DNA of 64,000 bases, taken from Candidatus Kuenenia stuttgartensis (lineage in GTDB: Bacteria > Planctomycetota > Planctomycetia > Planctomycetales > Planctomycetaceae). This document shows, in pieces, positions 18,832 to 27,496 of the stretch. Position numbers and translations under genes: made by a program. The first letter of the stretch is position 1, and every line of letters starts with the position of its first letter. The notes under the pieces were generated by a model that saw only the letters and a program-made list of their open reading frames with translations, was not told where the DNA came from and searched no databases. The stretch covers positions 11,687 to 75,686 of the forward strand of contig CAMAVB010000004.1 in assembly GCA_945861465.1 (NCBI GenBank). Reading direction: 5' to 3'.

Positions 18832-21534
18832 TTACATTGCTGGCCTCAACGCCAGTAACTTCGCCAACGCTTCAGCAAACTGCGTCAGCGATTCTTCCGA
18901 CGGAAGATTGATCTTCAGCGACTTCTGACCCTTGTCGTCCGTTTCTGCCGCTTCCGTCAGCTGCTGTCGAAGTTGAGTGACAGTTTCCGTGGACGGCGTT
19001 GTGCCGGAGTCCGGGAGCATCTGGGACAGGAAGCCAAATGCCGCCGTGAGCAACTGACCGCCAGCAGCGGCCATGTTTTCGCGGCGGGCGACGAGACGAG
19101 TCGCTTCCGCTTCCTTCTCACGCTTTTGACTTTCGTCCAGATGACCTTCCGGAAGCGCGCCAAGCAGGATTTCCAGCCTCGCTTTGAGCTGATCCATGCC
19201 ACTTTGTAAATTGACTTCACTGATCTCCGAATCGTAGTCCAGAGCCGCCATCGCCAGTTCTTTCTTCTGGCCAATCGTCGTCAGCAATTGTTCTTCAAGT
19301 GTGTCTTCGGTCACGAGAATGTACACGTTCACCGGTCGCTTCTGCCCCATCCGGTGTGCTCGGGCGATGCGCTGTTCAAGCACGGCGGGATTCCACGGCA
19401 GATCGACATTGATCACCGTATCAGCAGACTGCAGATTGAGTCCCGTGCTGCCGGCGTTGGTTGACAGGAAGACCTTGCACTTCGGATTGTTCTGGAATTC
19501 GTTGACGATCTGCTGGCGCTTATTCTGCGGAACTTTGCCTTCAAGTCGCACAAACGGAACCTTCCGCTTCTTCAGCAATGGCTCGATCAGATCCAGCATG
19601 CGCGTCCATTCCGAGAATACGACTGCTTTGTGATCGCCGTCCACAAAGAGCTGTTCGAAAAGCTCATCCAGCGTTTGTAATTTGGAAGAATATCCCGCAC
19701 CCTGTTTATCGACAAGATATGTGCTGTCCGCCGCCATGCGGCACATCATCATAGCCTGTCGCAGCTTGAGCAGATCCATTTCAGAGATGTACGCTTTGCG
19801 CGTAATGGACGCAATGATCCGCGCGTGCGCCAAGTGCAACGCGCGCTGTTCTTCTGTCGGAGGGATGTGAATGATCTGAGTGTTGCGCGGCGGCAGATCT
19901 TTCATCACCATGTCGCGCGTGCGGCGGAGCAGAATGGGTTTGAGCTGTGTTCGCAGTTCATCCAGATTTTTGTAACCCAGAACGAAACCCTTGTCGTCGG
20001 TGATGCGATAACGATTAAAGAATCGAAAGCCCGGTCCCAGATGCCGACCGTCAACAAACTGCACGACCGAGTACAGTTCGTCCAGTCGGTTTTCCAGCGG
20101 CGTGCCGGACAGTACAAGTGCAAACTGCGACTTCAGACTCTTGACGATGCGCGTCGTTTGAGCCTCCCAGTTTTTGATCCGCTGACCTTCGTCCAGAATA
20201 ATGAGATCCCACTTCGCGGCTTCGATCGGCATAATGTCACGGAGGACTTGTTCGTAGTTGCAGATCGTGAAGAACGCAGGTTCGTTGTACTGCGCGGCTC
20301 GATCTTCGGCTTTCCCCATGACGAGTTGAGATGTTCGAGCGGAGAACTTCTGAATTTCATTTTTCCACTGTGACTTGAGCGAGGTCGGGCAGATCACGAG
20401 AACTCGAGTGATTCCCGCTTCGCGGGCCAGCAATTCCGCAACACCAACGCCTTGAATGGTCTTGCCGAGTCCCATGTCGTCAGCAAGGATTGCCCGCCCT
20501 GCCCCGGCGGCAAACGCAATACCGTCCATTTGGTAAGGCAGCAGTTCAGTTTTCAGCAACGTGGTACGCAGAGCATGCTTCTGTGGATCTTTGCGGATTT
20601 CATCGACCAGATTTTTGATGCGTTGCCGATAAAGTTGTTGCTGAATAAACTCTTCGGCATCCGGATAGACGACGACGGATTCGCCGAGTCCTTCCAGTTT
20701 GTCGATGCGGCGGACGAGGTCGTTGACATCGGAAATATCCACGTTCTGAATCGGGCCAATGATCTTTGCTGTTGATTCACTCGGTCGATCCGGTGTGCCC
20801 AGTCGCAGTGCCAGTTCAATGCCGTATTTTAAGTAGACGCTCGTGTCCTTTTGTTTCGGTTTTTTCTTAAATGCTCCCGGATCAAACCGCCGTCGGATTT
20901 TGAGGAGCGTGTGCAGAATATGCTTGCAGGTTCCGAGCGTGTTACTTCGAAAGTCAGGACATGTGCAGAACGAATCACCGGGTTCTGTACCACGCAGAGC
21001 GACGCGATATGTCTTGCCACTCAGCCTGCTGGTGACAACATAATCCTGCCACGGAGTCTTGCTGACTTTGTCAGTCGCTTCGACGATGAACTTTTCGTCC
21101 TTCGCCCGCTGCGCTCGCTCGCTGAACGCCAGTTCGATGAGTTCCTGTTCACCGAGCGGCTCGACAGCTTCACGTTCGACCGGCGGCTTCGCGAGACCGA
21201 GTGACGATTTGGAATCCATAATCACTGACAATGCCGTACCCAGATGTTCGCAGGGAACATTGCATTTGTCGCAGTTCAGGAGCATCCGTTTGACTTTGTC
21301 CTGCCGCATCGTGATCGTGACGATAACGTCTTCGCCTGGCAGTGAAAGTCGAAACAGATCGCCATCCAGGTAGATCTGTTCGTCCCATTTTGCAATTCCA
21401 ATTTTTCCGCCTGCATACAGCAGTTTCTTGCCCTCAATCGGACCGCCGAGCAGTTCACATGCCTGTGTAAACGTGAGTCGTGAAAGGCGATCTTTCAGCG
21501 TAAGATCTTTAGACTTCTTAACCTGCGTCGCCAT
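18832..21534 (-). CDS. SNF2-family helicase with N-terminal SWIM zinc fingers
   Basis: SWIM motif CTCPDFRSNTLGTCKHILH (plus a degenerate CDKCNVPCEH). SNF2 motifs LADDMGLGKT and DEGQRIKN. Helicase-C motifs GSTGLNLQSADTVINVDLPWNPAVLEQRIARAHRMGQ. Confidence 0.9.
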   Translation of the reverse strand: MATQVKKSKDLTLKDRLSRLTFTQACELLGGPIEGKKLLYAGGKIGIAKWDEQIYLDGDLFRLSLPGEDVIVTITMRQDKVKRMLLNCDKCNVPCEHLGTALSVIMDSKSSLGLAKPPVEREAVEPLGEQELIELAFSERAQRAKDEKFIVEATDKVSKTPWQDYVVTSRLSGKTYRVALRGTEPGDSFCTCPDFRSNTLGTCKHILHTLLKIRRRFDPGAFKKKPKQKDTSVYLKYGIELALRLGTPDRPSESTAKIIGPIQNVDISDVNDLVRRIDKLEGLGESVVVYPDAEEFIQQQLYRQRIKNLVDEIRKDPQKHALRTTLLKTELLPYQMDGIAFAAGAGRAILADDMGLGKTIQGVGVAELLAREAGITRVLVICPTSLKSQWKNEIQKFSARTSQLVMGKAEDRAAQYNEPAFFTICNYEQVLRDIMPIEAAKWDLIILDEGQRIKNWEAQTTRIVKSLKSQFALVLSGTPLENRLDELYSVVQFVDGRHLGPGFRFFNRYRITDDKGFVLGYKNLDELRTQLKPILLRRTRDMVMKDLPPRNTQIIHIPPTEEQRALHLAHARIIASITRKAYISEMDLLKLRQAMMMCRMAADSTYLVDKQGAGYSSKLQTLDELFEQLFVDGDHKAVVFSEWTRMLDLIEPLLKKRKVPFVRLEGKVPQNKRQQIVNEFQNNPKCKVFLSTNAGSTGLNLQSADTVINVDLPWNPAVLEQRIARAHRMGQKRPVNVYILVTEDTLEEQLLTTIGQKKELAMAALDYDSEISEVNLQSGMDQLKARLEILLGALPEGHLDESQKREKEAEATRLVARRENMAAAGGQLLTAAFGFLSQMLPDSGTTPSTETVTQLRQQLTEAAETDDKGQKSLKINLPSEESLTQFAEALAKLLALRPAM

Positions 21535-21654
21535 CGTGTCGCTCCGTCTGTGTGTGCTGCCGGGAAATGTCTTATGTCAAGCCGAAGCAGAACTTTATCG
21601 CAGCGAAGTTCGTTTGGCGAGCGAACAGTGAATCTTGTTTTCCGACGTTGAGTA

Positions 21655-21760
21655 GCAATCCGGCGAGCGGTGTGGCGTCAGCCCACCGATATGGGATTTG
21701 AGATTTCAAATTTCAAATCTGAAATCGCAATGTACCGGCAAGCTGACCCATGCCGCACGC
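21655..21760. repeat. REP-like pair (ggcgagcggtgtggcgtcagcccacc family) around a gatttga/tcaaatc palindrome
   Basis: ggcgagcggtgtggcgtcagcccaccgata ... gatttgagatttcaaatttcaaatctgaaatc ... tgtaccggcaagctgacccatgccgcacgc. Confidence 0.7.
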
Positions 21761-21771
21761 ATCATGTCCGA

Positions 21772-21846
21772 TCATCCAAAGGCACGCAAATAGTAATGTC
21801 GAAGATTGGCTTTTGCGTTTTCAGTGATGACGACGCTGTAGATCAT
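21772..21846 (-). pseudogene. 24-codon ParE/RelE toxin stub
   Basis: ATGA overlap with the ParD stop. It reads MIYSVVITENAKANLRHYYLRAFG*, a typical ParE N-terminus (Y.v.it..A..dL..i..Y), and ends directly before the REP cluster. Confidence 0.5.
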
Positions 21847-22082
21847 GTGTCGCTTCGAATTCCGAATTCGCGACGAAGATCGCGAAATGCTTCGTCCAGT
21901 GGCTGCGTTCTTCCAGCCCCAACGTCATTCAAACCCGCGCGGATGCCAAGGACCGCTTCTTCCTGGTCTCGCAGCATCAGGCCGAGAGCATACTCAATAA
22001 CAGCTTCTTCATCAGGGAAGTTGCCATTAGCCACCTCGCGCTTAACAAACTGTTCAAGTAGCGGAGGTATATTGAGAAGCAT
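21843..22082 (-). CDS. ParD-family antitoxin (orphan)
   Basis: MLLNIPPLLEQFVKREVANGNFPDEEAVIEYALGLM... matches the ParD pattern (s.p..Le.fv...V.sG.y.s.sEvi..aLrll). Confidence 0.7.
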   Translation of the reverse strand: MLLNIPPLLEQFVKREVANGNFPDEEAVIEYALGLMLRDQEEAVLGIRAGLNDVGAGRTQPLDEAFRDLRREFGIRSDT

Positions 22083-22234
22083 TTCATGACTCGTGATTGA
22101 GCGACGCTAAACACCGCACCAGAAGCAAATCGAACCACCGTTCCTGCTACAGCTTAATCCAATGATGATCAATCGGCAATCTGTCACGCTGGAACAACCG
22201 GTCGAATTCTGTTCAGATGTGACAAGGAGCAATT

Positions 22235-22338
22235 CGGCGAGCGGTGTGGCGTGAGCCCACCGGTACAACCGCGATTCCACTGCGGCGGTCGTAGCTCGCA
22301 CGAATTGCAATGTACCGGCGTTGGGGTGACAGTCATGC
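22235..22338. repeat. REP-like pair, ggcgagcggtgtggcg family
   Basis: ggcgagcggtgtggcgtgagcccaccggtaca ... tgtaccggcgttggggtgacagtcatgcg. Confidence 0.7.
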
Positions 22339-22510
22339 GTTTCGAAGTCTAACGTGCTGCGCTCGTTTGGTATCCTTGTCGTCTCAGTTGCAACGTGGCG
22401 TCTCTGTGTCCCACGACTTTCTGCGAAGACGCTGTCGGATGAAGATCGCATTCGAACACGATTTTCGTATAATCGTCGGTGGAGCAAGTTGTCCGGAAGG
22501 AAGAACCAGA

Positions 22511-22717
22511 ATGAAGAAAGTTGAGCTGATTTCAATTGATGGACATCAGGCGTTGACATTGCCTGATGAATTTCGTTTCACAGAGACGACCGTTACTATT
22601 CGGAAGGTAGGCGACGCTTTGATTCTGGAGAGGGTCAAGGCCAATACGTGGCCGACTGATTTTTTCGACGCTATTCACATTGACGACACAGGGTTCATTC
22701 GTCCCTCGCAATTATGA
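22511..22717 (+). CDS. AbrB/MazE/SpoVT-type antitoxin (VapB-like), orphan
   Basis: 68 aa: MKKVELISIDGHQALTLPDEFRFTETTVTIRKVGDALILERV..., a swapped-hairpin antitoxin pattern. ATG 22511 is preceded by GGAAGGA. A possible TATAAT lies at 22468-22473. Confidence 0.65.
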   Translation: MKKVELISIDGHQALTLPDEFRFTETTVTIRKVGDALILERVKANTWPTDFFDAIHIDDTGFIRPSQL

Positions 22718-22848
22718 CTATCGCAGACACATTTGAGGCTCAATCATGCCTACGTGTCTGGTGCTGCGTTTACAGTCATGAATGCAGCTCGCAGTTCGAA
22801 ATGCGTCGTGTTTTCCATAAACTGTCTCTGGTGGTATTGCCACACTGA
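22714..22848 (+). pseudogene. possible truncated toxin ORF coupled to the AbrB-type antitoxin
   Basis: 44-codon ORF whose ATG overlaps the antitoxin stop (ATGA). It terminates 4 nt before the REP at 22853. No PIN or other motif is recognisable, so the call rests on position only. Confidence 0.2.
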
Positions 22849-22852
22849 TCCC

Positions 22853-22924
22853 GGGGAATCTCAGTCGGCGGAGCGACTGAGCTACGTAGGCGACGTCGCT
22901 CCGCCGACTCGCATTCCTGTCAAC
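22853..22924. repeat. REP hairpin family 'gggaatctcagtcggcggagcgac'
   Basis: ggggaatctcAGTCGGCGGAGCGACtgagctacgtaggcgacGTCGCTCCGCCGACTcgcattcctgtcaac. Further copies at 27075, 27425 and 28982. Confidence 0.85.
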
Positions 22925-23091
22925 GAGCTTGCCAAACAACGCCCCGTAGATCATGGAAACACATCCGCCACGTAACTTCTCTGTGCGAGTATGGTGCTTT
23001 TCGTAGATGCTGAATTGCGATTCGAGGTGCTGCACACTGCACCGACTTGGGGATCGTCATGTTTCAAGCCCATCGCTGACGACATTTTTCT

Positions 23092-24171
23092 TCAAGAGGG
23101 GAAAAATCCGTCCCGGACTTTGTAGACCGCCTCCATGTCCAGCTTCTCGCCGTCGAAGATGATCTGCCGGCTCTTCTTGTCCTTCCGGTTCTTGAGGTAA
23201 TGCGTCACGTTCATCCAGCGGATCGTCTCATCACCGCGCATCTCGTCCGTCTGGCGGATGACAAGAAACACGTCCACCGGCTGGCTGATCCAGTATTCGA
23301 GGTGGCGGTCGTTCTTCAAATCGAACACCTCGCGGCCATCGCCTTTGCGGGTGCGGAGGTAGGAATTTCCGCTCTTGAGTTGGATGTAGATCCGCTTCCC
23401 GCTGGCTCGACCGTCGTTGTCCTTGAACTCCACTTCGCCGTCGATGCCGTAGTCGAACATTGTCACCGGGCGGAAGATCTGATTCGCCTCGCCAGCGATG
23501 GCCATCATGTGTCCGATCAGGATTTGCTCCAGCGCCTGCGTGTCGAGTTCGCGCGTGGCCGTCTCTTCCATCGCCAGGATCTTGTGGGCCACGAGATCGC
23601 TTTTGAGCCGTTGCTCAATGAAATCGACGAGTTCGACCTCGGTTCGGCATTTCTGGCAAACGATCGTCGATCGCTTTTCTGCGAGCAGTTCGCGGATGAG
23701 TTCTAGGTCTTTGAAGGGACGACCGCATCCTCTGCACACATAACGCCGGTCGCGCGTCACCTCGCAGGCATACTTGGCAAGGTGGCGATGGGCATACTCG
23801 ATAAAGATCGCCTTCAGTTCGTCGCGGACCTCTCGATCAAAGTACAGGCTGATCGTCGCCTTCCCTTGGCCTTGCTGGTTGTCGATCTTCAGGCCGAGAG
23901 TGCGGCCGGAGAAGGCGAACTCCGCCGCGTTGCGCCACAGTTCGCGGTGCTCGAACTCGTTGCTGTACCACAGCCGCACGACCAGCGTGGTCCACACCGT
24001 CTGCCACTCGCCACTGAACGAGTAGGAGACAAAAATGTCCGGCTCATGCGGGATGTCCTTTTCCCGGCGGTATTGCGAGGGAAAGACCAGGTTCCGTCCC
24101 TGCGGCGTCTCCTCGGCGATGCACAGCGAGTATCGTTGCCGTTGGTGACGCCTCCACTTCAAAAAAGTCAC
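23092..24171 (-). CDS. zinc-ribbon + DUF4365-type (PD-(D/E)xK-like) protein, third gene of the TIR operon
   Basis: CRGCGRPF...CQKCRTEV CxxC pairs. The C-terminal DYGIDGEVEF...RIYIQLKSG fits the DUF4365 restriction-endonuclease-like signature. The N-terminal ~120 aa (LVFPSQY...) loosely resemble the tail of COR-type domains. Only 18 nt separate it from the upstream gene. Confidence 0.7.
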   Translation of the reverse strand: MTFLKWRRHQRQRYSLCIAEETPQGRNLVFPSQYRREKDIPHEPDIFVSYSFSGEWQTVWTTLVVRLWYSNEFEHRELWRNAAEFAFSGRTLGLKIDNQQGQGKATISLYFDREVRDELKAIFIEYAHRHLAKYACEVTRDRRYVCRGCGRPFKDLELIRELLAEKRSTIVCQKCRTEVELVDFIEQRLKSDLVAHKILAMEETATRELDTQALEQILIGHMMAIAGEANQIFRPVTMFDYGIDGEVEFKDNDGRASGKRIYIQLKSGNSYLRTRKGDGREVFDLKNDRHLEYWISQPVDVFLVIRQTDEMRGDETIRWMNVTHYLKNRKDKKSRQIIFDGEKLDMEAVYKVRDGFFPS

Positions 24172-24189
24172 GATTTTTGAGCCGCCAAA

Positions 24190-26166
24190 TCACATCTCCG
24201 CCATAACGCTCTGGAAGTCCTTGTTTGATACGAGATCACACAATTCATGCACCGTGATGACTCTAGGATTTTTCGGTGGCGTCCCGAGCCACAGTTCTGC
24301 TGAGTTAGGGTCAAGGTATTCGGGAGTGGCTACGATGAGAAAGGTTACGCATCCAGAATATTCTCGGCCCGCAGCTCGCATCTGATCAAGCAGGGCATCG
24401 CCTCGACGCTTGGCTTTTCGTATTTGCTTGACCAATTCCATTTGTCGGTTCTGAATTGTATGGAAGTGGCCCACGTGATAATCGGACGTTCGCTGCCAGC
24501 TCTTCATATCCAAGTTTACAAGAAATCCGTGTATCTCGAAGCAGAAATCTACGTCACCACAGTTTGTGTCGCCTTGTAACACATCCTTGTTAGCCGGAAA
24601 CGGAAGATTACTCGGCGTAAGTGAAAGCATCTCGACCAAGGTTGCTCGAACTTGGCTCTCAAAGAGATCACCGCGAGTATTTCCGACTCCTCCGTCTCCT
24701 GCAGTTACTGCGCTCATCAACCCATCCCAAAAATCAGGCCACGCGGTCAAATCATGGACGCATGTGTGTTCGTCTTGCTCGATGAAGAGTATCGGGTTCG
24801 AGAGGCCAACAGGGTTGGGAGTTCCGCTGAACGCCGAAAAGAACCGATGAGCGAGTTCATCGGGCCCTTGTGCACCAAGATGATCAAGTTCAGATGACAC
24901 TGCCATCCTGAATGCTTTCCTTGGGTTTCGCAGTGAACCCCGCTGCAGAACGGCGACCATATGCACCACCGCGCCTCGAAGTAGCGTGGCGTCCGCCGGA
25001 GAACTCAGGGTCAACGCCGGGGCGTCATTCCATTTACCTTCACGCAACCAACCGCATTGTGTATGCCTCTCGATGACAAGCCCCAAGGCGGCCAAGCACA
25101 GTTCGAGCTCTGCTGCGGAGAGATCGAACTTCGCCTTCAATTGCGGATCGAAGTATTGGCCGAGCAAGCGAATCCTCCCCTGCCAGCTCGTATTCGCGAT
25201 TGGATACCAGTTTGGTGACGGGAAAGCGGCGTCTAATTTAGGAACATGTACCGGAAGCGGCATCGAATCCGGCAGGGCGGGTATCACTGACCAAATCCGG
25301 TGTATCTGGTCTGGCACCGGCTCTTTTGGACCGGCAAGAAGGCCGGGCCGCGAGTAGTCCGAAAATTGCATTTGACGGCGAGAATCGTACGCTGCGGCAG
25401 CTCGCTCGATGGACTCGTTTGCTTCGAGGCCAACACTGGGTACGAGTAGGATCCCACTGCCGTCCCAATCATCGAGCGCATCCAACTGTGATTGGCTCAA
25501 TTGCTCAGGAAGCGATCCGATTTTGCGGCCCTTTCCGGCCCAGCGATACCAGTTTTGGGACCAGACAAGCAAATGGCAGGCACCGATGAATCTGCCAAGG
25601 ATCTTCGGTGCGTCGCGTTCAAATGCACTCCATTGCGAGGGGGGCAAGGCAATCGCCGTCATGCCATCTTCCCGAACTCGTTCCCATTGAACGCCATTGG
25701 AATTAACGGCCATTGCACGCATGGTCCGAATTACTTGTGCGATCGTGTTATTGTCATTAGGCAGCAGCAATTGGCAGGCTAAAGCAATTACAGAGTGGGG
25801 CAACGAACTCGTCACTTGAATAGAGAATCGGCAATCCCATTTGCTCAATGCCTTTTCAGCTTCGCTCATTGCTAATCGGACCAGCCGTTCGAGGCGTATC
25901 GTGTCGAACTTGTCGTCGCGTGTCGCATCATCTTTCAGCCAGTCATCCAGGATACGGCTCCATTCGGTGAGAGCGGACTTTCGCAAGTCAAGCAGGCGAG
26001 GGCGGACAATGCGTTCGAGTTGTGTAGCCATCCAGTCCTCTGGAGGTCTTGAACTCGATTCGTCCCCCAACTCCGCTGAGTTCGGCTTGCCGCAACACTT
26101 CTTAAACTTCGATCCACTGCCGCAAGGACATGGAGAATTGCGTCCCGGTTGTTTGCTAGTCGTCAC
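24190..26166 (-). CDS. SEC-C-motif protein with unassigned central region and NERD-like PD-(D/E)xK C-terminus
   Basis: GTG 26166 is preceded by GAGG and gives MTTSKQPGRNSPCPCGSGSKFKKCCGKP (SEC-C metal-binding motif). C-terminus: GDLFESQVRATLVEM ... GDVDFCFEIHGFLVNLDMKSW (D.D...(D/E)xK.W as in NERD nucleases). The longer ORF start at 26418 overlaps the TIR gene and was rejected. Confidence 0.7.
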   Translation of the reverse strand: MTTSKQPGRNSPCPCGSGSKFKKCCGKPNSAELGDESSSRPPEDWMATQLERIVRPRLLDLRKSALTEWSRILDDWLKDDATRDDKFDTIRLERLVRLAMSEAEKALSKWDCRFSIQVTSSLPHSVIALACQLLLPNDNNTIAQVIRTMRAMAVNSNGVQWERVREDGMTAIALPPSQWSAFERDAPKILGRFIGACHLLVWSQNWYRWAGKGRKIGSLPEQLSQSQLDALDDWDGSGILLVPSVGLEANESIERAAAAYDSRRQMQFSDYSRPGLLAGPKEPVPDQIHRIWSVIPALPDSMPLPVHVPKLDAAFPSPNWYPIANTSWQGRIRLLGQYFDPQLKAKFDLSAAELELCLAALGLVIERHTQCGWLREGKWNDAPALTLSSPADATLLRGAVVHMVAVLQRGSLRNPRKAFRMAVSSELDHLGAQGPDELAHRFFSAFSGTPNPVGLSNPILFIEQDEHTCVHDLTAWPDFWDGLMSAVTAGDGGVGNTRGDLFESQVRATLVEMLSLTPSNLPFPANKDVLQGDTNCGDVDFCFEIHGFLVNLDMKSWQRTSDYHVGHFHTIQNRQMELVKQIRKAKRRGDALLDQMRAAGREYSGCVTFLIVATPEYLDPNSAELWLGTPPKNPRVITVHELCDLVSNKDFQSVMAEM

Positions 26167-26194
26167 ATTAACCTCTGGTGTAATCAAAAAATCG

Positions 26195-26632
26195 TTATGG
26201 AAGGGCCCCCTCCGCTTCCTCGCGGAAATCAACGTACTTGTAACGCTGCAGCGTGTCCGGCAGTTTGCAGTCGGCCAGCAGGAGCGGGATGAAGCGGCGG
26301 CCGGCATTGGCGGGGTCGCGATGGATGGCGGTGCTCCGCTCCAGGGCCACCCAGTCCGAGGCGAGCGCCGCGGGCGAGAGGCACAGCAGCAGCACCCGCG
26401 ACTGCTCCAGACCCTCATCCACTTTCAGCGAGATGATGTCCCCCGGCTGGATGACCCACTCATCCAACCACACCGGCAGCCCCGCCCCCTTCAGCCGCTC
26501 CGCCAGCTTGCGGACTTTTGGCTTGTCGTCTTTGTTGTGGCTGAGGAACACATCGAATGCAAAACGAGCGTCTTTCGTTTGGTCATTTTCCCCAGCGTCA
26601 GCCGCCGATTTCTTCGATGCCTGTTTTGCCAT
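26195..26632 (-). CDS. stand-alone TIR-domain protein
   Basis: FDVFLSHNKDDKPKVRKLAERLKGAGLPVWLDEWVIQPGD...VLLLCLSPAALASDWVALE is the TIR_2 pattern, including the W..E position of the catalytic Glu. Start at ATG 26632 (MAKQASKKS). Confidence 0.85.
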   Translation of the reverse strand: MAKQASKKSAADAGENDQTKDARFAFDVFLSHNKDDKPKVRKLAERLKGAGLPVWLDEWVIQPGDIISLKVDEGLEQSRVLLLCLSPAALASDWVALERSTAIHRDPANAGRRFIPLLLADCKLPDTLQRYKYVDFREEAEGALP

Positions 26633-26790
26633 GGCAAGCCACGATCCCCGGAAGCAATGTGGATGCGGCAATCTTCAATCTTGATCGCCTTGAGATTTCA
26701 CAGCGTACCGCTCTTAGGGTCTCCCGGAAAGTCACTATCCGATACGCGAAAAAATTGAAGCGGCGAATGCAGCTCAGGTCCCGTCTCGAT

Positions 26791-27496
26791 TCAGCGCCCG
26801 TGTGCAGACGTGCAACATGAACTCACTGCGACAACTTTGTGATCTTTGCGTTCTTTTGCGGCTAAAATCCTATGGCGGCCTGACATGTCTTGAAATCATG
26901 AATGGGCGCAAGAGATCGCAAAGAGCGCAAAAGGAAACACAGTTTTTCACCACGGAGGACACGGAGGAATCGCGGGGAGACAGATGGCAGGAAAATGGAG
27001 GGCAGGAATATCTGGCACGGAGCCGCGACATGGTGTCCATAAGCTGTCTCTGATGGCATCGCCACGCTGATGCCGGGGAATCTCAGTCGGCGGAGTGATT
27101 GAACTACGTAGGCGATGTCGCTCCGCCGACTCGCATTCCTGTCAGCGCCCGTGTGCAGACTTGCAACATGAACTCACTGCGACAACTTTGCGATCCTTGC
27201 GTTCTTTTGCGGCTAAACCCTGTGGCGGCGTGACATGTCTGGAAATCATGAATGGCCGCAAGAGATCGCAAAGAGCGCAAAAGGAAACACAGTTTTTTAC
27301 CACGGAGGACACGGAGGAATCGCGGGGAGACAGATGGCAGGAAAATGGAGGGCAGGAATATCTGGAGCGGAGTCGAGACATGGTGTCGTTAAGCAGCCCT
27401 GGATGGCATCGCAATGAGGGTACCCGGGAATCTCAGTCGGCGGAGCGACTGAACTACGTAGGCGATGTCGCTCCGCCGACTCGCATTCCTGTCAAC
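26791..27496. repeat. two tandem copies of a ~351-bp composite repeat
   Basis: tcagcgcccgtgtgcagac... recurs at 26791 and 27142. Each copy holds a long hairpin (ttgcgatcYttgcgttcttttgcggc / gccgcaagagatcgcaaagagcgcaaaagg), a ggaggacacggaggaatcgcgggg module, and a gggaatctcagtcggcgg hairpin. Confidence 0.85.

Noticed and set aside
22107-22559. 150-aa minus-strand ORF and 22718-23035 minus-strand ORF
   Set aside because: They run through REP elements and through the promoter and 5' region of the AbrB-type antitoxin. No motifs are present.
24190-26418. Long version (742 aa) of the SEC-C protein ORF, starting at ATG 26418
   Set aside because: Its first ~84 codons overlap the 3' end of the TIR gene in another frame and read as low-complexity R/S/P/C-rich sequence. 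A GTG at 26166 with an upstream GAGG begins exactly at the SEC-C motif, so the shorter form was annotated.
23092-26632. Classifying the TIR operon as Thoeris (ThsB plus partner)
   Set aside because: No SIR2, Macro or SLOG ThsA-like domain was recognisable in the partner proteins, and there is no cyclase (CBASS/Pycsar) or P-loop NTPase (TIR-STAND/AVAST). It is therefore reported as unclassified rather than forced into a known type. This rests on motif reading only.
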